DNA from: Protoeuglena noctilucae
Lineage: Eukaryota
Direction: 5' to 3'
DNA length: 64,000 nt
Assembly (NCBI GenBank): GCA_958009085.1
Contig: OY253668.1
Location: 1,364,001-1,428,000, forward strand
Positions 13,111 to 25,936 of the stretch are shown one piece after another. The notes beneath the pieces were generated by a model that saw nothing but the letters and a program-made list of their open reading frames with translations, did no database searches and was not told the origin of the DNA. A program made the translations under genes and the position numbers. The first letter of the stretch is position 1. Each line of letters starts with the position of its first letter.

Positions 13111-13403
13111 GGTGGCTCGGATGCGTCAGCCAGTACCAACATGCTGCCTAGGATATCGTGTGCGGCATCACTTCTGCTGTGCGTGCAGCGGGACGCCGGG
13201 ACTGAACGCGCGGACTTGCAAGGGGTGTCGGCGCCAGACGTATCATGCACAATACACGCCGAGGAGCGAAATTGGCTTGACAGCTTTTAAACGTCCACCA
13301 GCTGCCCGTGTAGCAGGCCTGTGAGATTCCATCGCGATTCCTCGCGGGAGCGCAGCCCGCGGCCACCAACGCTCGATCGAGGTGCTTTGCGCGGGTCAGC
13401 CAC

Positions 13404-14572
13404 GATGCCGGTCATCATGGCGGCGCGGCCGATGCTTTCGGCGGAGATGATTGTATCGCGCCCCGCGTCGGGGCGGGCGCCTCTCCGGGCGCGCGCCACG
13501 GGCGACGGTCAGGGGCTCGGGGAGGAAGTGCTGGAGCGCCTGCGGCGTGCGGAGGAGGAGGCAGCGACCTTGCGGAAGGAGCTGGCGGCGTTGGAACAGG
13601 AAAAGACCGACCGCCTGGCAGCGCAGGAGCCGGAGCGGCCGGCGCGGCGCATCGACTCCGGGGACCTTAAGCGTGAGACGCTCTTCTCAGGAGACGCGGG
13701 CGACTCCAGCAATTGGCTCACGGAAAGGGTCATCGGCACAGGCCCGGCGGAGACTGGCGCCGAGCTGACGGAGGAGGAGCGGGCCACCGTGGGCCGGCGG
13801 TTGGCGGTGGGCGTCGTCTTGGGCGCAGCAGCCCTGGCGTTCGGCCTCACTCCCACGGAGGAGCTCAACCTCTCCCGGCCGCAAAAGCCGCTTTTCTTCT
13901 ACCTCGTGCCTCTGGTCCGCGTCCGCGACCTTCTGACGGAGCTGGAAGAGCCCGTGCAAGAGGCCCGGTTTGACGAAGTGCGTGCGGGGCTCTCCAGCAT
14001 CCTCGGCGCCCCGAACAACGCCCGGGAGAACATGGTCAACGCCAAGCTCCTGCTCCCCGACCGAGCCAAGAGGGACCGGGTGAGATGCCGCCTCTGTGCT
14101 GCCACACTGTGCGCAGCAATTGCTAATGGTCACCGGTGTCACTCAGGCTCAGTAACCACCGGTTGCCTCGCCTCGCTCTCCGCAGTGCGACGAAATCATC
14201 GCCAACTTCACCGAGTACGTCAAGTCGGTCGACGCGAACCAGTACTTTGATTCCGTCAAGCGGGGCACGCCCGGCAAGCAGTGGGTGGACTTCTCTTCCC
14301 AGGCACTGAAGGCGGCGCAGGTGCGTCACGGGACTGGGGAGCAACGTCTGGACCGTGGGGGCGTGACAATGAGCGTCGTGCACAGCGCACAGGCACAGAG
14401 GGCACACTCCGTGGATGCCGCAAGCTGGGCCGCAAGCAGGGAGCAGTCCTGCGGTCTTTGATACAACCCGACCCATCTCCTCCCCGCAGAGGGAGCTGGA
14501 CCAGTTTTTGCGGCTGATGCCGTCGGATGACCTGCAGGCGGCACGCAGCCAGCTCACCGCATTCGCCGTTTA
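13404..14572 (+). CDS. Probable chloroplast (thylakoid) protein: transit peptide, coiled coil, single TM, helical C-terminal domain
   Basis: Ala/Arg/Ser-rich N-terminus ending LRARA; EVLERLRRAEEEAATLRKELA; TM RRLAVGVVLGAAALAFGL; KPLFFYLVPLVRV; 3 GT-AG introns, stop TAA near 14572. Confidence 0.65.
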
Positions 14573-14939
14573 AGTGGATTTGAGGCACTCAAGTCACGGC
14601 TTGCCCGCCGGGCCAGGGCTGCGGTGCTGGGATGGATGGGTGCCAGGGCGCGCACGATGCCCGTGTCCCGCGTTTGTGACTCCTTGCAATGCCGCATTTC
14701 ACCACTTGAAGTGCCGTTACCGCGCCTCACACAGATCACATGCCAGATCTCGCACAGCGCTACCGCAAATCGTCGGCGCTGTCCTCGCCGCCTTCGTGCC
14801 AACCTCGGCCGGCGGGGCGTGGACCTCCGGGAACGCGCTGTGGGCGATATCGGCCAGAAGTGCATCGACAGTGCTTGCCAAAGGACACGACCATGCCCCA
14901 CATCTGATGCCCCCTCCTTTGCGCACCCTCGTCCTCATC

Positions 14940-17900
14940 TCACCTCATCATCTCGCTCAGCCCCTCCATCACTTCGTCCAACTCCGGACCCTCCACCACC
15001 CCGCGACCCTTCCCAGCTCCACGCTGCCCGTTGTCCCACCCCCGCTCCGCCCTCACAGCATCCACGGTGGCCTCGTGGATCGGCATCGACTCCACCGTGA
15101 ACAGCACGCTCTTCCTAGCAATCCCAATCACCATGCCGCAGTCGGGCACAGGGCACGTCCCGGACCCGTTACCCTCCCGACCCTTCAGTGCCCTCTCCAC
15201 GCACCACTCGCACGCCACGTGCCCGCACGGCAGCACCCGGGGCAGGCACCCGGGAGAGTAGCCCGCGTCGCAGAGACCACACCGCGTCGACACTCCACGG
15301 CCACGCGACCTCCTCCCCGCCCCCAGACCCGTCGCAACGCCGGACTCTGGCGCCAGGTCCACTGACGTTTCGCCGTAGTCGGCGTCGGCCCGGTCGTCTC
15401 CCTCGGCTTCTTCGACGCTCCCGGTGCTCGGGAGCAGCCCCTCGAGTCCCTGTGACGCTGTGCGCTTCATCGGCACCGAGGGCGGCTCGCTCGCCTGTCG
15501 CCTCAACCGTGAAGGCGCCGAGCGGTTCGCGCCACTCGACCCATCGCCGTCCTCCAGGGGCTGCGATCCCGCGCGCGCCACGCCGCCCACGCCACCCCCG
15601 CGCGACGCTTCGCTTCCCGCCCCACTGCCCTTGCCGGCCCCTGCCGCCCCCGGCCCCTCTGCTGCATGGAACGCCCCCGACCCCTGGGACGCAGTCCGCT
15701 GTGCCGCGCTTCGAATGTCCTCCTCCGCCCACACCGCCAGCGAGTCCGCACGCGCGGCTGTCATCTCGTGCCCCGTGCCACCCTCCCTGCCTCCTTCGCC
15801 CCCGCCCATGCGCCCCTCGTCTGCAACCTCCTCCTCCCCGCGCCCCACGTCCCCTCCAATCCACACCTCCTCCCCATCCTCCATCACCAGCTCCACGTCA
15901 AACTCCCCCGACCCCACCCCATCGCCCCCGCCCCCGTCCTCCCCACCGTACTCCCCGTCAAAGGGCCCCGTCGCCACCTCCGTCAGACGGTAGATGGGCT
16001 CCCGCGCCGCACTACGCGCGCCGTCGCCACCCCCGACGGGAGCCCCAGCGAACAGCTCGGATGCCGGCGCAGGGTCGTGCGTGGCGGCATGGGTCCCGCC
16101 AAGCCCAGCCCCGGCCCACGACGACGGTGCGGGGGCGCCCGCGGCGCTCTCCGGGCGCATGCGCACTGCCGCGGGCGCTTCGTCATCGGAGAGACCCATC
16201 CCCAGCCCCAGCTTGGTCCGCAGGGTGTGGTCGTCGACATCGGCATGGATGATGACCGACCCCGTTGTTGAATGCTCCCCCGCAGACGTCGCGCGGCCGT
16301 GCTGGCCCCGCCGGGGCCATCCCCGCGGAGACGGCCGCGGCGACAGGGACGCCCCGCTGCGGCCGTGGGACTCGGTGCCGTCACCGTCCGCGCCCCCGGG
16401 CAGCCGGTCCGATCTGTCACTCACCGACTGCCCCAGCACGCGACGCCCAGCGTCAGCCTCGGATGCCTGCGTCTGACTCGAGCCCTGCCGGGAGTAGGCC
16501 GCGGCACCCGCCCTCTGCTCCGCCGTCGCTGCTGCCGGCACCTTCAGCGAGGGCACCAGCTGGGCCCCCTGCCCTGCCCCGCCAGGCACCGCCCCCGGCT
16601 CCCCGACCTCCGCCCCGGCCTCGCTCGCGCTTCCGAGCCACCCGCTGCCCCGGAAGGTGGCCATCATGACCCCGTCCTCGGACCCCCGGGTGTCTGACAC
16701 TGACACCGCCTCCCCGCCACTCCGGCGCCCAGACCCGCCCACCTCGCCGCCCCAGCCCCCTAACCCCACGCTCGCGTCGCTGAGGGCGCCCTCGCCGCCA
16801 CCCCCGGCGCCCTCCACCGGGACGTTGAACGTGTACGACTCGCTCGCTTGCTCGCCACCCGTGCCGCCCTCGACACGGGCCCCGCTCGTGGTGCCCGCTG
16901 ATACGGAGGCCAGCGGCACGGCTGCGAGGCTGGGCGGAGTCCCGGTGCGGGCCGCCGGGGATGTGGCAGGGGAATGGCCGTGGGTGCTTGGGTCTGTGTT
17001 GTAGAGGTCGGGAAGGTCGTCCTGCGGGAGAAGCAGTGGGTGGGTTAGATGTTGGTGAATAAGAGGGGGTCAGGTCACATGGGGAGAGTGGAGAGCGCAG
17101 GGATGAGTGAGAGAGGCTGGGGTTGGAGAGGGCGGGGACGGGTGCAAGCTCAAGCATCATCCACATCAACTCAGGGCCACGCACATCAAGAGATCCATCC
17201 CTCCCTTCCCCGCCCAGTCTCACCACCGCGACTTCGAACGTGCCGCCCCCCGCCTCGTCCCCCGACTCTGCGAATGGGTCGTCCACCTCCCCATCGCCGC
17301 CGCCCACCCCGGACACATCCCAGGCCTCGCTGGCGTTGGCGTCACCGCCGTACGGGGCGTCACCCGGGGACCGGGACACGTCCATGGGAGCGGCAGCCGA
17401 ACCCGACAGGTCCCCCGTGTCCCCTGCGCTCGTGCCCACATAGCGCGTGCTGCCAGGCGTCCCTGGCCCCGCCCCTGCAACCCTCGCCTCTACCGGAGTC
17501 CCTGGCCCCCCCCGACCCACCCCCGCCGCGCCCCGCAGGCCGGCCCCGGCCGCAGCCTCGCCCGCTGCCACTCTCGCGCCCGACGCGCCCCGCTCTCCTT
17601 CCCAACGCCCCGCTGCCCAGGCCTTCGGTCCCCGCTCGTCATCGATGCTCCCTCGGCCAACCACCATGCCCAGGCCGCTCTCATCGCTCTCCCTCGCACC
17701 CCAAAGCACGTCCTGCAAGGCACTCGTGCGATTGCTTTACGACGAATCATGATTGCCGAGTCGAACATGCAAGTGCTTCCATCCACACACGCGCACACGG
17801 GTGCCATCCCGCCACTCCCTCCCCCGTCCACTCGCCTCGTTGTCCGCTCCATCGTTAACGCCCAGTGCGACCTCGGAGGATCGAAGTCGGTCTTTGGCAT

Positions 17901-20900
17901 AGCGCTGCAGCTGGGCACCGGGGCTGCTGGGGTCACGCTCCACGCTCCCTTCGGAATTCTGCAAGAGGGGCAGGGGAGGGGCTGATTAAAGACCTGAAGG
18001 GCTGCCAGTCAGCTAGCTTTAAAGTAATCAGCGTGCCTGCTGTTAAGAAGTGTGGCACGACAATGCGCTCATCGTTGCGCTTGTGCGCTGTGCACGCACA
18101 AGCGCTCTCCTGTTCCCTATCACCCGTCCCTCCGCAGCGTCTCCTCTCATCGCCCGGCCCCTCACCAGTGCATGCCCCGCGCCACCCGCCCCCGCCAAGT
18201 CGGCCCCCTTGGACCCAATGCTCTGACTCGACTGGTCCAGGTACGAATCTGCGTCCGCCTCCAATGCCTCCAATTCCTGCGCAGCAATGCTCGAGTCCCC
18301 ATTCTGTACACTCCGTGACAATCAACATCAACCAATCTCTGACTACGTCTATGACTCTTACTGCACTGCGTTCGCGACACAGCCACGCGCCCTACAAGAA
18401 GCATCACCGACCTGCCACAGGTCCCTGGGCCCCGTCCCGGAGCTCTTCCCGGACCTCCCCGTGCCCCCCGCGCCCTTGGCGTCTCCGATCGACGATGCCC
18501 CGGACCCCGCCCCGCCCCGCGCCACTCGCCAGGCGTCCAGCAGGGGCCGCGACTGGGGACCCAAGGGGAAGAAGCCGCCCTGCCCCGCGGCACTGGACGG
18601 GTGCGCGACGGACGACGGCTGCCGCAGGTGGGTCGTCACTTGGGCCTTGAGCTGGGCGGAGCGGTCGAAGAGACTCCCCAGCCCCGCCTCCGTCCACATC
18701 CCCACCGACCGTCCCCGCGCGGCCAGGGCGGACGCGAAGGCGCGGCGGGCCTCGACCACGGCGGCGAGGGTGTGGGCCGCGGGGGCCAGGGCTGGGGCCA
18801 GGCAGCCCTGGTGGCCCGGGTGCAGCGGCGGGAAGGGCTGGGTGGTGCGGCGCAGAGGCCTGCCCAGGCTGGCAGAGAGAGACTCGAAGCACAGCACCTG
18901 GGAGAGCGGGGAGAAGTATGGAAATGTCAAGGACAGATGAGCATGCGATGGTGGGATAACAGACAGGGTGCAGACACGGCTCATGAAGTGTCGGCGGGGC
19001 CAACCAGCGCACGCCCTGCCAGCGTGCGTGTGAGTAAGCCACAGCTCACCTGCGTCTGCTCGTCCGCATAGGTCCCTGCCGCCGCCAGGCCGCCCCCGCA
19101 CGCCACCCGCACGCGCTCGGGCCCCGCCCACGCCAGGTGCGCCAGTCGGTCCGCACAGTGCCTCAGGACGGCCGTGCCCTGGAGTCGCAGGTCGGCCGCC
19201 GCTGCGGCGTCGCGGTGGGAGCGGCGGTGCGCGAAGACTGCCTCGAGTCCCTGGGATGCCTCCGCGCCATCGCCCTGGGCGGCGCGGGACCCAGACTCGT
19301 CCTCCTCTGCTTGGGACTCCTGCGACATTGGTGGGAACAGCAGTGCGATTAGCGATTGGGAGTGACGCGTTCATGACCAACCATGCGCTTGGTCTCCTAA
19401 CCCGCTCCCCGAGACCGCCATTTGTGCGACATGGCAGGGGCTAGGAACTGCCAATTGTTGACGCCCTCCGCTCGCCTGCAGGACCATCCAGGCCAACTCC
19501 GGGAGGCGCCCGGCCGCCCACTCGGCTCCCGCCATCATCAGCGACTCGACGCCCCACCCCGCCACCTCCCGCCACGCCTGCTCGGCAGTCCCGCTCCCGG
19601 CCCGCGCCGCCGTCATCGCCAGGCTCAGCCGGGACCCATCCACTGACTGACCCAGCAGACCCCCGCCAGCCCCCGCCCCGCCAGCTGCCGCCGCCGCTGC
19701 CGCTCCGCCCATGACGTTCGCGGGGTTCAGACCCCCCGCGCTCCCGGTTCGGTCCAGCCCGGACCCCACCCCGCCCGCGCCCTGCAACGCCAGCTGGGCC
19801 AGCGCGGCCCCCGGGGGAGCAGGGGGGTCCGTCAAGCTCAGAGGACGCAGCCACGTCAGACCCGCCGCCTCCTGCGCCGCGGCCGACAGGGACGACGCCG
19901 GCATCTCAAACGTGCTGCGGGCGATGGTAGGGGACGCAGGTCAGGCGTGGCGGCGCGTTCGCACCGTCAGCAGCCGCTGTAACGGGCCTCACCAGGGATG
20001 CACGGCCATGGGGCTCTCCGCGACCCGCAATGCGGCGAGCAGCGCCCACACGCGCCCCGCCAGTCGCCCCCTCCCACCCCACACCGCCGTCCACACCGCG
20101 CCCACCACCTGCGCCGCCCCCGCCGGGCACCCCCGTGCGAGGACCAGCGCCAGGTCGACCGCCACCGCCGCGAATTCCGGATCGATCCCCGCGCGTGACG
20201 CCAAGGCCTCCCCCACGCCCCGGCAGAGCATCAGGAGGGGCAGGGGCGCGTCTCCCGGCACATGTGCCGCCCCGCTGCCCGCCGCCAGAGCACGAGTGAC
20301 GTGCTCCAGGGCGTCCGCCAGCGCCTGAGCGACCTGGGAAGGACGCACGAGCGCCGCCGACGCCGGCCCCGCCGCGCCAGGCCGAGCGCCGCCTTCCCAG
20401 GGGTCGGGGAGGGCGCGGTGCTCACGGTCAACCCCGCCCTCCCCGCCCAGGTGCGCGAGACCCGGCAAGTGCTCAAGTGAGAGGTCGGCGGGGTCCGTGC
20501 CGCATGCCCACACGAGACTTTGGGCGGTCAGGCTGAGGGTGGATGCGGAGGAGGGCGCCGACAGGTGCGACATGCGCGTGGGGTGCGCGGCCTGGGCGGC
20601 GGACCGAAGGAGAGCTGCCAGGAAGGGATCGGCGGTGCGGCTTGCGTCGGCGGACAGAGGGGTGACGGGCGCTGCGGGGCAGGGAGCCAGGCCAGGTGAT
20701 GACGGACCCATCGTTGTGGCAGGAGGCGGGGTTGTACAAAGCGATATCAAGCGGCGCAGATAGGTCGAATCGATAGCAACAACAAGCAACACTCACCCTC
20801 GGCGTCCTGGGAGGACGCCGACAGCGCGGCGTGGAGAGTGCGTGCGCGGCACATGGCGCGGACGACGCACAACCCGGAGAGGACGAGCGCGGGGTTCTGC

Positions 20901-23622
20901 GGGTTCAGAGACGAATGCGAGGTCATTCATCGCCTGTGCGGTTGCCTTCGGGACGCATTGTTCACGCGTATGAAGCACCCGAGGGCTCGCCAGCGGACAA
21001 GCATCTGCAGAGCCCACCACTAGGCGAGGCTCACCGTGGAGGTCAGCCAGAGCTGCACGTGGGCGGAGAGCACTCCCGTGAAGTCCACCGCGGTTGTCTC
21101 GGGCGGGCGGCCGTACCCGCGAGGCAGGGGCTGGTTGGCCGCGCGTACCAGGTCAGGCACAAGCACGGTGCCTAGCCGCGACTGGATGAGAATGTGGACT
21201 GGAGTCTCGCCACTGAGAGCGAAATGGGGCGCAAGATATTGCTTACGATGGTTGCAAGGCTGGCACGGTGCACTGCACTGCGAATGCCAAGGGTGGGGAC
21301 CCATCCCAGCGTTTGCACAACAGTCGCGGTGGTTGACTGCACATGCACAGCCTCACCGCAGCGCCTCGGTGAGGGCCGCCCACGCCTCCGCCTGCATCCG
21401 CGCCACCTTCCCGTCCATGCCAGGCTGGCCCGCGAGCGTGGGGCTGGACTGCGCGACGGGGAACTCGCCGCACAGCGCCAGGGCCGCATGCACGGCCACC
21501 TCCATCCGCGGATCCGCAGCCAGCAACAACAGCATGCGACGGAACGCAGCCTTGGCGTGACGGTCCACCTCCCGGCTCGTCAGCATGGCACCGCACATCG
21601 CCGCCGCGTAGCATCGGGCATCGGAGCCGGCTGCCAGGTGAATCACCGAGACGTCCGTCGGCTTCGGGTAGCCCTCCCGGCGGGTGACTTTGCCCCCGGG
21701 AGACTCAGCCAGGCGCCCCGACAGCTCGACGCCCTCCAGGGTGTCGACCACCAGCTGCGATGAGACGAAAGCCGGCGAGTTAGGACGGGCGTTCGGCAAA
21801 TCAGTCATGCGGTGGTCGAGGTCGCACGCACGAACGCATGCTGATCGCGCGCTCTGCCACTCCGACCAGGGTGGGCCAGCCCGGCACCCCAGCTCGCCTT
21901 GTGCAGTGCGGCCGAGACCTTTTGCCGCGGGCCCAGGCGCAACGGCGCCGCCTCCGCAACCGCCATCAGCGCCGCCAGGGCCAGCCCCTCCGTAGCACAA
22001 GCGGGGTGCAGGGACCACACGGCGGCGAGGGCAGACTCCCGCACGTGGAAGGCCATGGCCAGGTTGTCGGCCACCCGGATCGACCGCAGCGTCGCTGCCA
22101 TCAGCGGGCCCGCAGCCTCCGGGGTCACCGCCCCCGGCTGGTTGGCCTTCACGAAGTGCGCGCGGGTGAGGATCTTGCCACGCGGCTTGCGGCCCTCCGC
22201 AGCATCTGCCGCCTTGATGATGGCCTCCGCCACCGCCTGGTGCTCGCGCTTGGCGGAGTCGGCCCAGTCCACGCGGGGGCTGCCGTGCTCCAGGGACCGC
22301 ACGGCCCAGCCCGCCACGCGCAGCGCGTGCGCTACGAAGGCCACGGGCTTGGAGGTGTTGCCAGCCTCACGCACCAACTTGTCGAGCAGGGCCCGCGTCA
22401 GAGGGAAGGGGCTGGGCCGGCCGCCCGGGGCACGGGGCGGGAGCACGCCTGCGTTCGTCGATCCCTTGGAGTGGGTGGAGGCGTTGGACAGGCGGCGGAG
22501 GTGCAGCGTGCGAGGGTGGGCCGGCACTGCGAGGAGGAACGGCAGGTGGTGGTGGACGGGGAGCAGCGGCAAGGGGAGTTTGGGGCGGGCCGTGCGCAGA
22601 GGTTTGCCTCACCCGCTGGCGGGGCCGGAGTCCCTGCACGCTGCCCTGCTGCCCACAGAAGGACCCAAAGGAAGGCGTGGCGGACCACCTGCCCGTCCGT
22701 CGCGGCCACCGGCACGTCATCGCCGCCGCGTGCGAACTTCCAGTCGGAAGCCGGGACCGACCTGCGCGGAGAGGACGCAAGGGATCGACGGGGCGGGGCT
22801 TCAGTGTGGCTCTCCAGGAGCTGCTTTTCATGTGCACTGAAACTGCGCTCCCAGCGCAGCGGACACGCCGAGCGAGGGCTCCCCGCCTCACATAATGATA
22901 TCGAAAGCCGTTTCGTACACCTCCCGAGGCAGCGCTTCGTACAGACAGAGGTCGGACAGGGCAGCTTTCAGGTCTCGCCGCGCGGCCTTCGCGTTGCTCG
23001 AGTGCCTGCGCGCGCGCGCCGGGATCGTGATGCAGGTGTGGGCGACGGTGCAGGGGAAAGGATCGGGCGCTGCATCCGCGCATCGCATGCCGCATATCTG
23101 CCATCGCGCTCTGTCGAATCAGCGACCCTCCAAGGCGCACCTCTTGGTGTTTTTAGCAGCACTGAAAGTGCGCGCATACTCCTCTGGTGCCAAGAGAGGC
23201 TGCTTCACCGACCTGCGGGTCCCAAACGCACGTAGCGGTCTGCTCTGGCCACCAGAGCAACGCACCCGGCCAAGGGCTCGCGTGGACCGCGCAGACGCGT
23301 CTTTCAGGTCTGAAATGGAACCGCCCTCACCGTGTGGACTTGATATAGCTGCCGACGGGGCATTCCGCGTCTCCCCGGCCGCTGCCTCCGGCGGGGGCGT
23401 CGCCCTGGATGATGCTTTGGTGAAACATGCTCAGTGACCAGACCTACAACTCCCTGACGACGGAAACATCACGGCGATCACGAGACACGCCGCAGGAGAG
23501 GGCTGGAGGCCCAGGAATGCGTGGTCACGGCCAGGGCGACGTTCTCCAAGTCGTGCTCTGACCGTCTGTGCCGATCCCGTCGCAATTCCCGCACAGATCC
23601 GCGACAGGTCATCAACATCCAT
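14940..23622 (-). CDS. Very large multi-exon orphan protein: helical (HEAT/ARM-like) N-terminal half, Gly/Ala/Ser/acidic low-complexity C-terminal half, C-terminal RING finger
   Basis: Most junctions checked are phase-compatible from MDVDDLSRIC (23622) through LSDLCLYEALPREVYETAFDIIM and WMVLQ|ESQAEEDE to the 14940-16919 ORF; RING CGLCDAGYSPGCLPRVLPCGHVACEWCV...CPVPDC. Single-gene status is inferred. Confidence 0.55.
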
Positions 23623-23786
23623 GCACTCGAACTGCCACTGCAGCAACTGCTGGCAGCTTCTTCTTCTCCGTGAGTCAAGTTCAACGCGACGGCCGTCAGT
23701 TTTGACAGCTGCGGCACGGTCACCAAAGTGGTTTGCTATCCTAGGGAAACAAGCAATGGATTCTTCGCACTAATAATGTCACGTTG

Positions 23787-25036
23787 TCAGCCCACGCCTG
23801 TCATGGAGGACGCCAATGCAGCAACCTCCTGGCACACCCGCGCCACCTGCGGGCAGACGGCTCCAAGACATGGTTGGCATCTGTTCCAGGGAAATTCAGC
23901 ACAGCTGCCGTGTGGTCAGACCAGGAAACGACGCACTCACCTCTGCCAGGTCCGCCCCTGTGCGCTCGGCCAGTCGCACGCACGGCACTCCCAGGATCTC
24001 TGTGGCCGCGACGACAGCCCCGATCCCCAGGCTCTCCGGCTTGACGCGCGGCGAGATGTCCGACATGGTCATGAGGTCCGTGGCCAGCGCGCAAGCGAGT
24101 TGCGCGCACGCTGGACTGCACGAGAGGCGAAGGTCCCGGGCGAGGCGTGAGCGCTCGCTTCAGAGCTACAGCCACGCCGAACCTTCCAAGCCCGATTGCT
24201 CGCCTGAGATCGGCGTGCATGCACAGGTTGAGCGCGTACTTATGTGGCTGCTCGCTCTCCAGGTCAAAGCCCAGCACTTGGAGCACGCGCTGCTCGTTCT
24301 TCAGCAGCACGTCCTTCGCCAGGTAGTAGTCCTCGGCCACCAAGAAGCCTCCGCGGGCTTCCGGAGCCTCCGACGAAGGCGCACCGGGGGCCGACGCAGC
24401 CCTTTCCGTGCGCTCCGCTTGCGTGGCATGCCCATCGTCCTGCACCTACCCAAGGGCCCCCGAGCGAGCGAGCTTGAGGACTCATCGTACGCATGCAGAA
24501 CATAAGAACACAAGACGTAGCCCAGAGCGGCACGCGAGCTCACCTGCTTTCCCGCAAACAGGTCGGGAAAGAGCTGGACGGCGAGGGGGACTGCCTCCAA
24601 AGGGCTTCCGTCCAAATGATGGACTGTGTTCAACAGGTCGTTGGTCTGCGAGGATAAGCGCGTGTTGAGAAGGCTGGAAATGCCAATGATGCGATGTCGC
24701 AGCCTGGGAGCGGCCAGGGAAGCGACGGCACGCACCTTAAGCGTGTGCTCGTCGGCCTTGGAGGCCAGGAACAGACACGCAGCCGCCAGGTCCCGCTGGA
24801 AAATGCGATCCTCGGCGACGGCCGGAACCCTGCTCGCGAAACGCTGAAGCATCTCCAGCGCCATCACGATCGTGGTCGTAGGGCACCTGTGCGGGTGGCG
24901 AGGGAGTACTCTGCGCGGGTCCTGGGGCTGCGAACATCTTCTACATGAGCTATATGGCCGGCGGCTAGCCTCACCCGAGCGTCTCGCCGGCGGATCGCAC
25001 CAAGAGGCAACCGTGCACATAACCAGCCCTGCCCAT
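23787..25036 (-). CDS. Transcriptional cyclin family protein (cyclin Q/FAM58 or L/T-like)
   Basis: LVRSAGETLG|CPTTTIVMALEMLQRF, LAAACLFLASKADE, YYLAKDVLLKNEQRVLQVLGFDLESEQPHKY (cyclin N and C boxes). Confidence 0.85.
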
Positions 25037-25334
25037 ACCGCCCCCGCCCGGGCACGGACAATTTCTAGGCCGATGCAGCCGAAGTCATAGGCTATATGCG
25101 GGTCGGAATGTCCATGGCGAGGCACGACAGCGCTGGAGCTCGGAATTGTCGGGGCGGGTATACCGCCTTGCTCGTGTCGTCAGAGTGCGCGTGGAGAAGG
25201 ACCGAGAGGCTGACCGGATGCAGGCAGATGTGCGACTAAAGGACGAGCACTGCCGCAGCCCTTCTATCTTGGAACATCGTCCAGCGCCTGGTCCGAGGAG
25301 GGGCGGCTGGTGTGCGGTGACATATTCCGCACCC

Positions 25335-25862
25335 ATGAGTGCGGAGCGGGCGCTCGGGGAGCCGTCGGCGTCGGCAGCGACGGAGGCAGTCGCATCGCAG
25401 CCCGTGCGGTGGCCCAGGCGAGCGTCGGGAGCGTGGGGGGAGTGGACGCGTCCCATCGTGGGCGAGTCGGTGCTAGGACGGCGGCTATAGGCTGCTGTTG
25501 CACAACTGACTGTCTTCCCTGCATTCAGGAAGAAGGTGGACGCGTCGCTGTCGCAAAGGGCGGAGGAGGACAAGCAGCGGAGCGAGCTGCGAGCGGTGAG
25601 CTAACTTCCCGCGCCACCCTGGCCGCTCTGCCGCTGCTTGGATGCAGCTTGTGCTCCATGTGCACGACTTGCGACGGGAGGAGTTGAGGCAGATAGGCAT
25701 GGCATTGGCCATGGCTCTCCGCAGAGCCAACGTGTGTTCAACTACGTGATGATTGGCCTGGTGAGCGCCAGGCTGCTGTCGGAGGGTGCCAAGTGGGTAT
25801 GGCGGCGGTGGAGGGGCGGAAAGGAGGATCCAAGCCGGGACGACGAATGCGACGGCGACTGA
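25335..25862 (+). CDS. Small hypothetical protein with C-terminal membrane anchor (3 exons)
   Basis: MSAERALG...VRWPR|KKVDASLSQRAEEDKQRSELRA|SQRVFNYVMIGLVSARLLSEGAKWVWRRWR...; phase-compatible junctions, first donor is GC. Confidence 0.5.
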
Positions 25863-25936
25863 GCGCCCCCGGGGGCAGGGGTCCACTGAGGACGGCGCCG
25901 TGACGTTTGGCATTCAGACCAGCGCTTTGAACGATC

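Noticed and set aside
14940..17720. Strong G/C strand skew and G-runs (possible G-quadruplex element)
   Set aside because: Explained by Gly/Glu/Ala-rich low-complexity coding sequence
23428..23646. Cyclin ending at 23431, two bases from an ATG at 23428
   Set aside because: A better terminal cyclin exon (VARVCQEVAAL...*, stop 23787) exists, and 23622-23563 fits as exon 1 of the next gene
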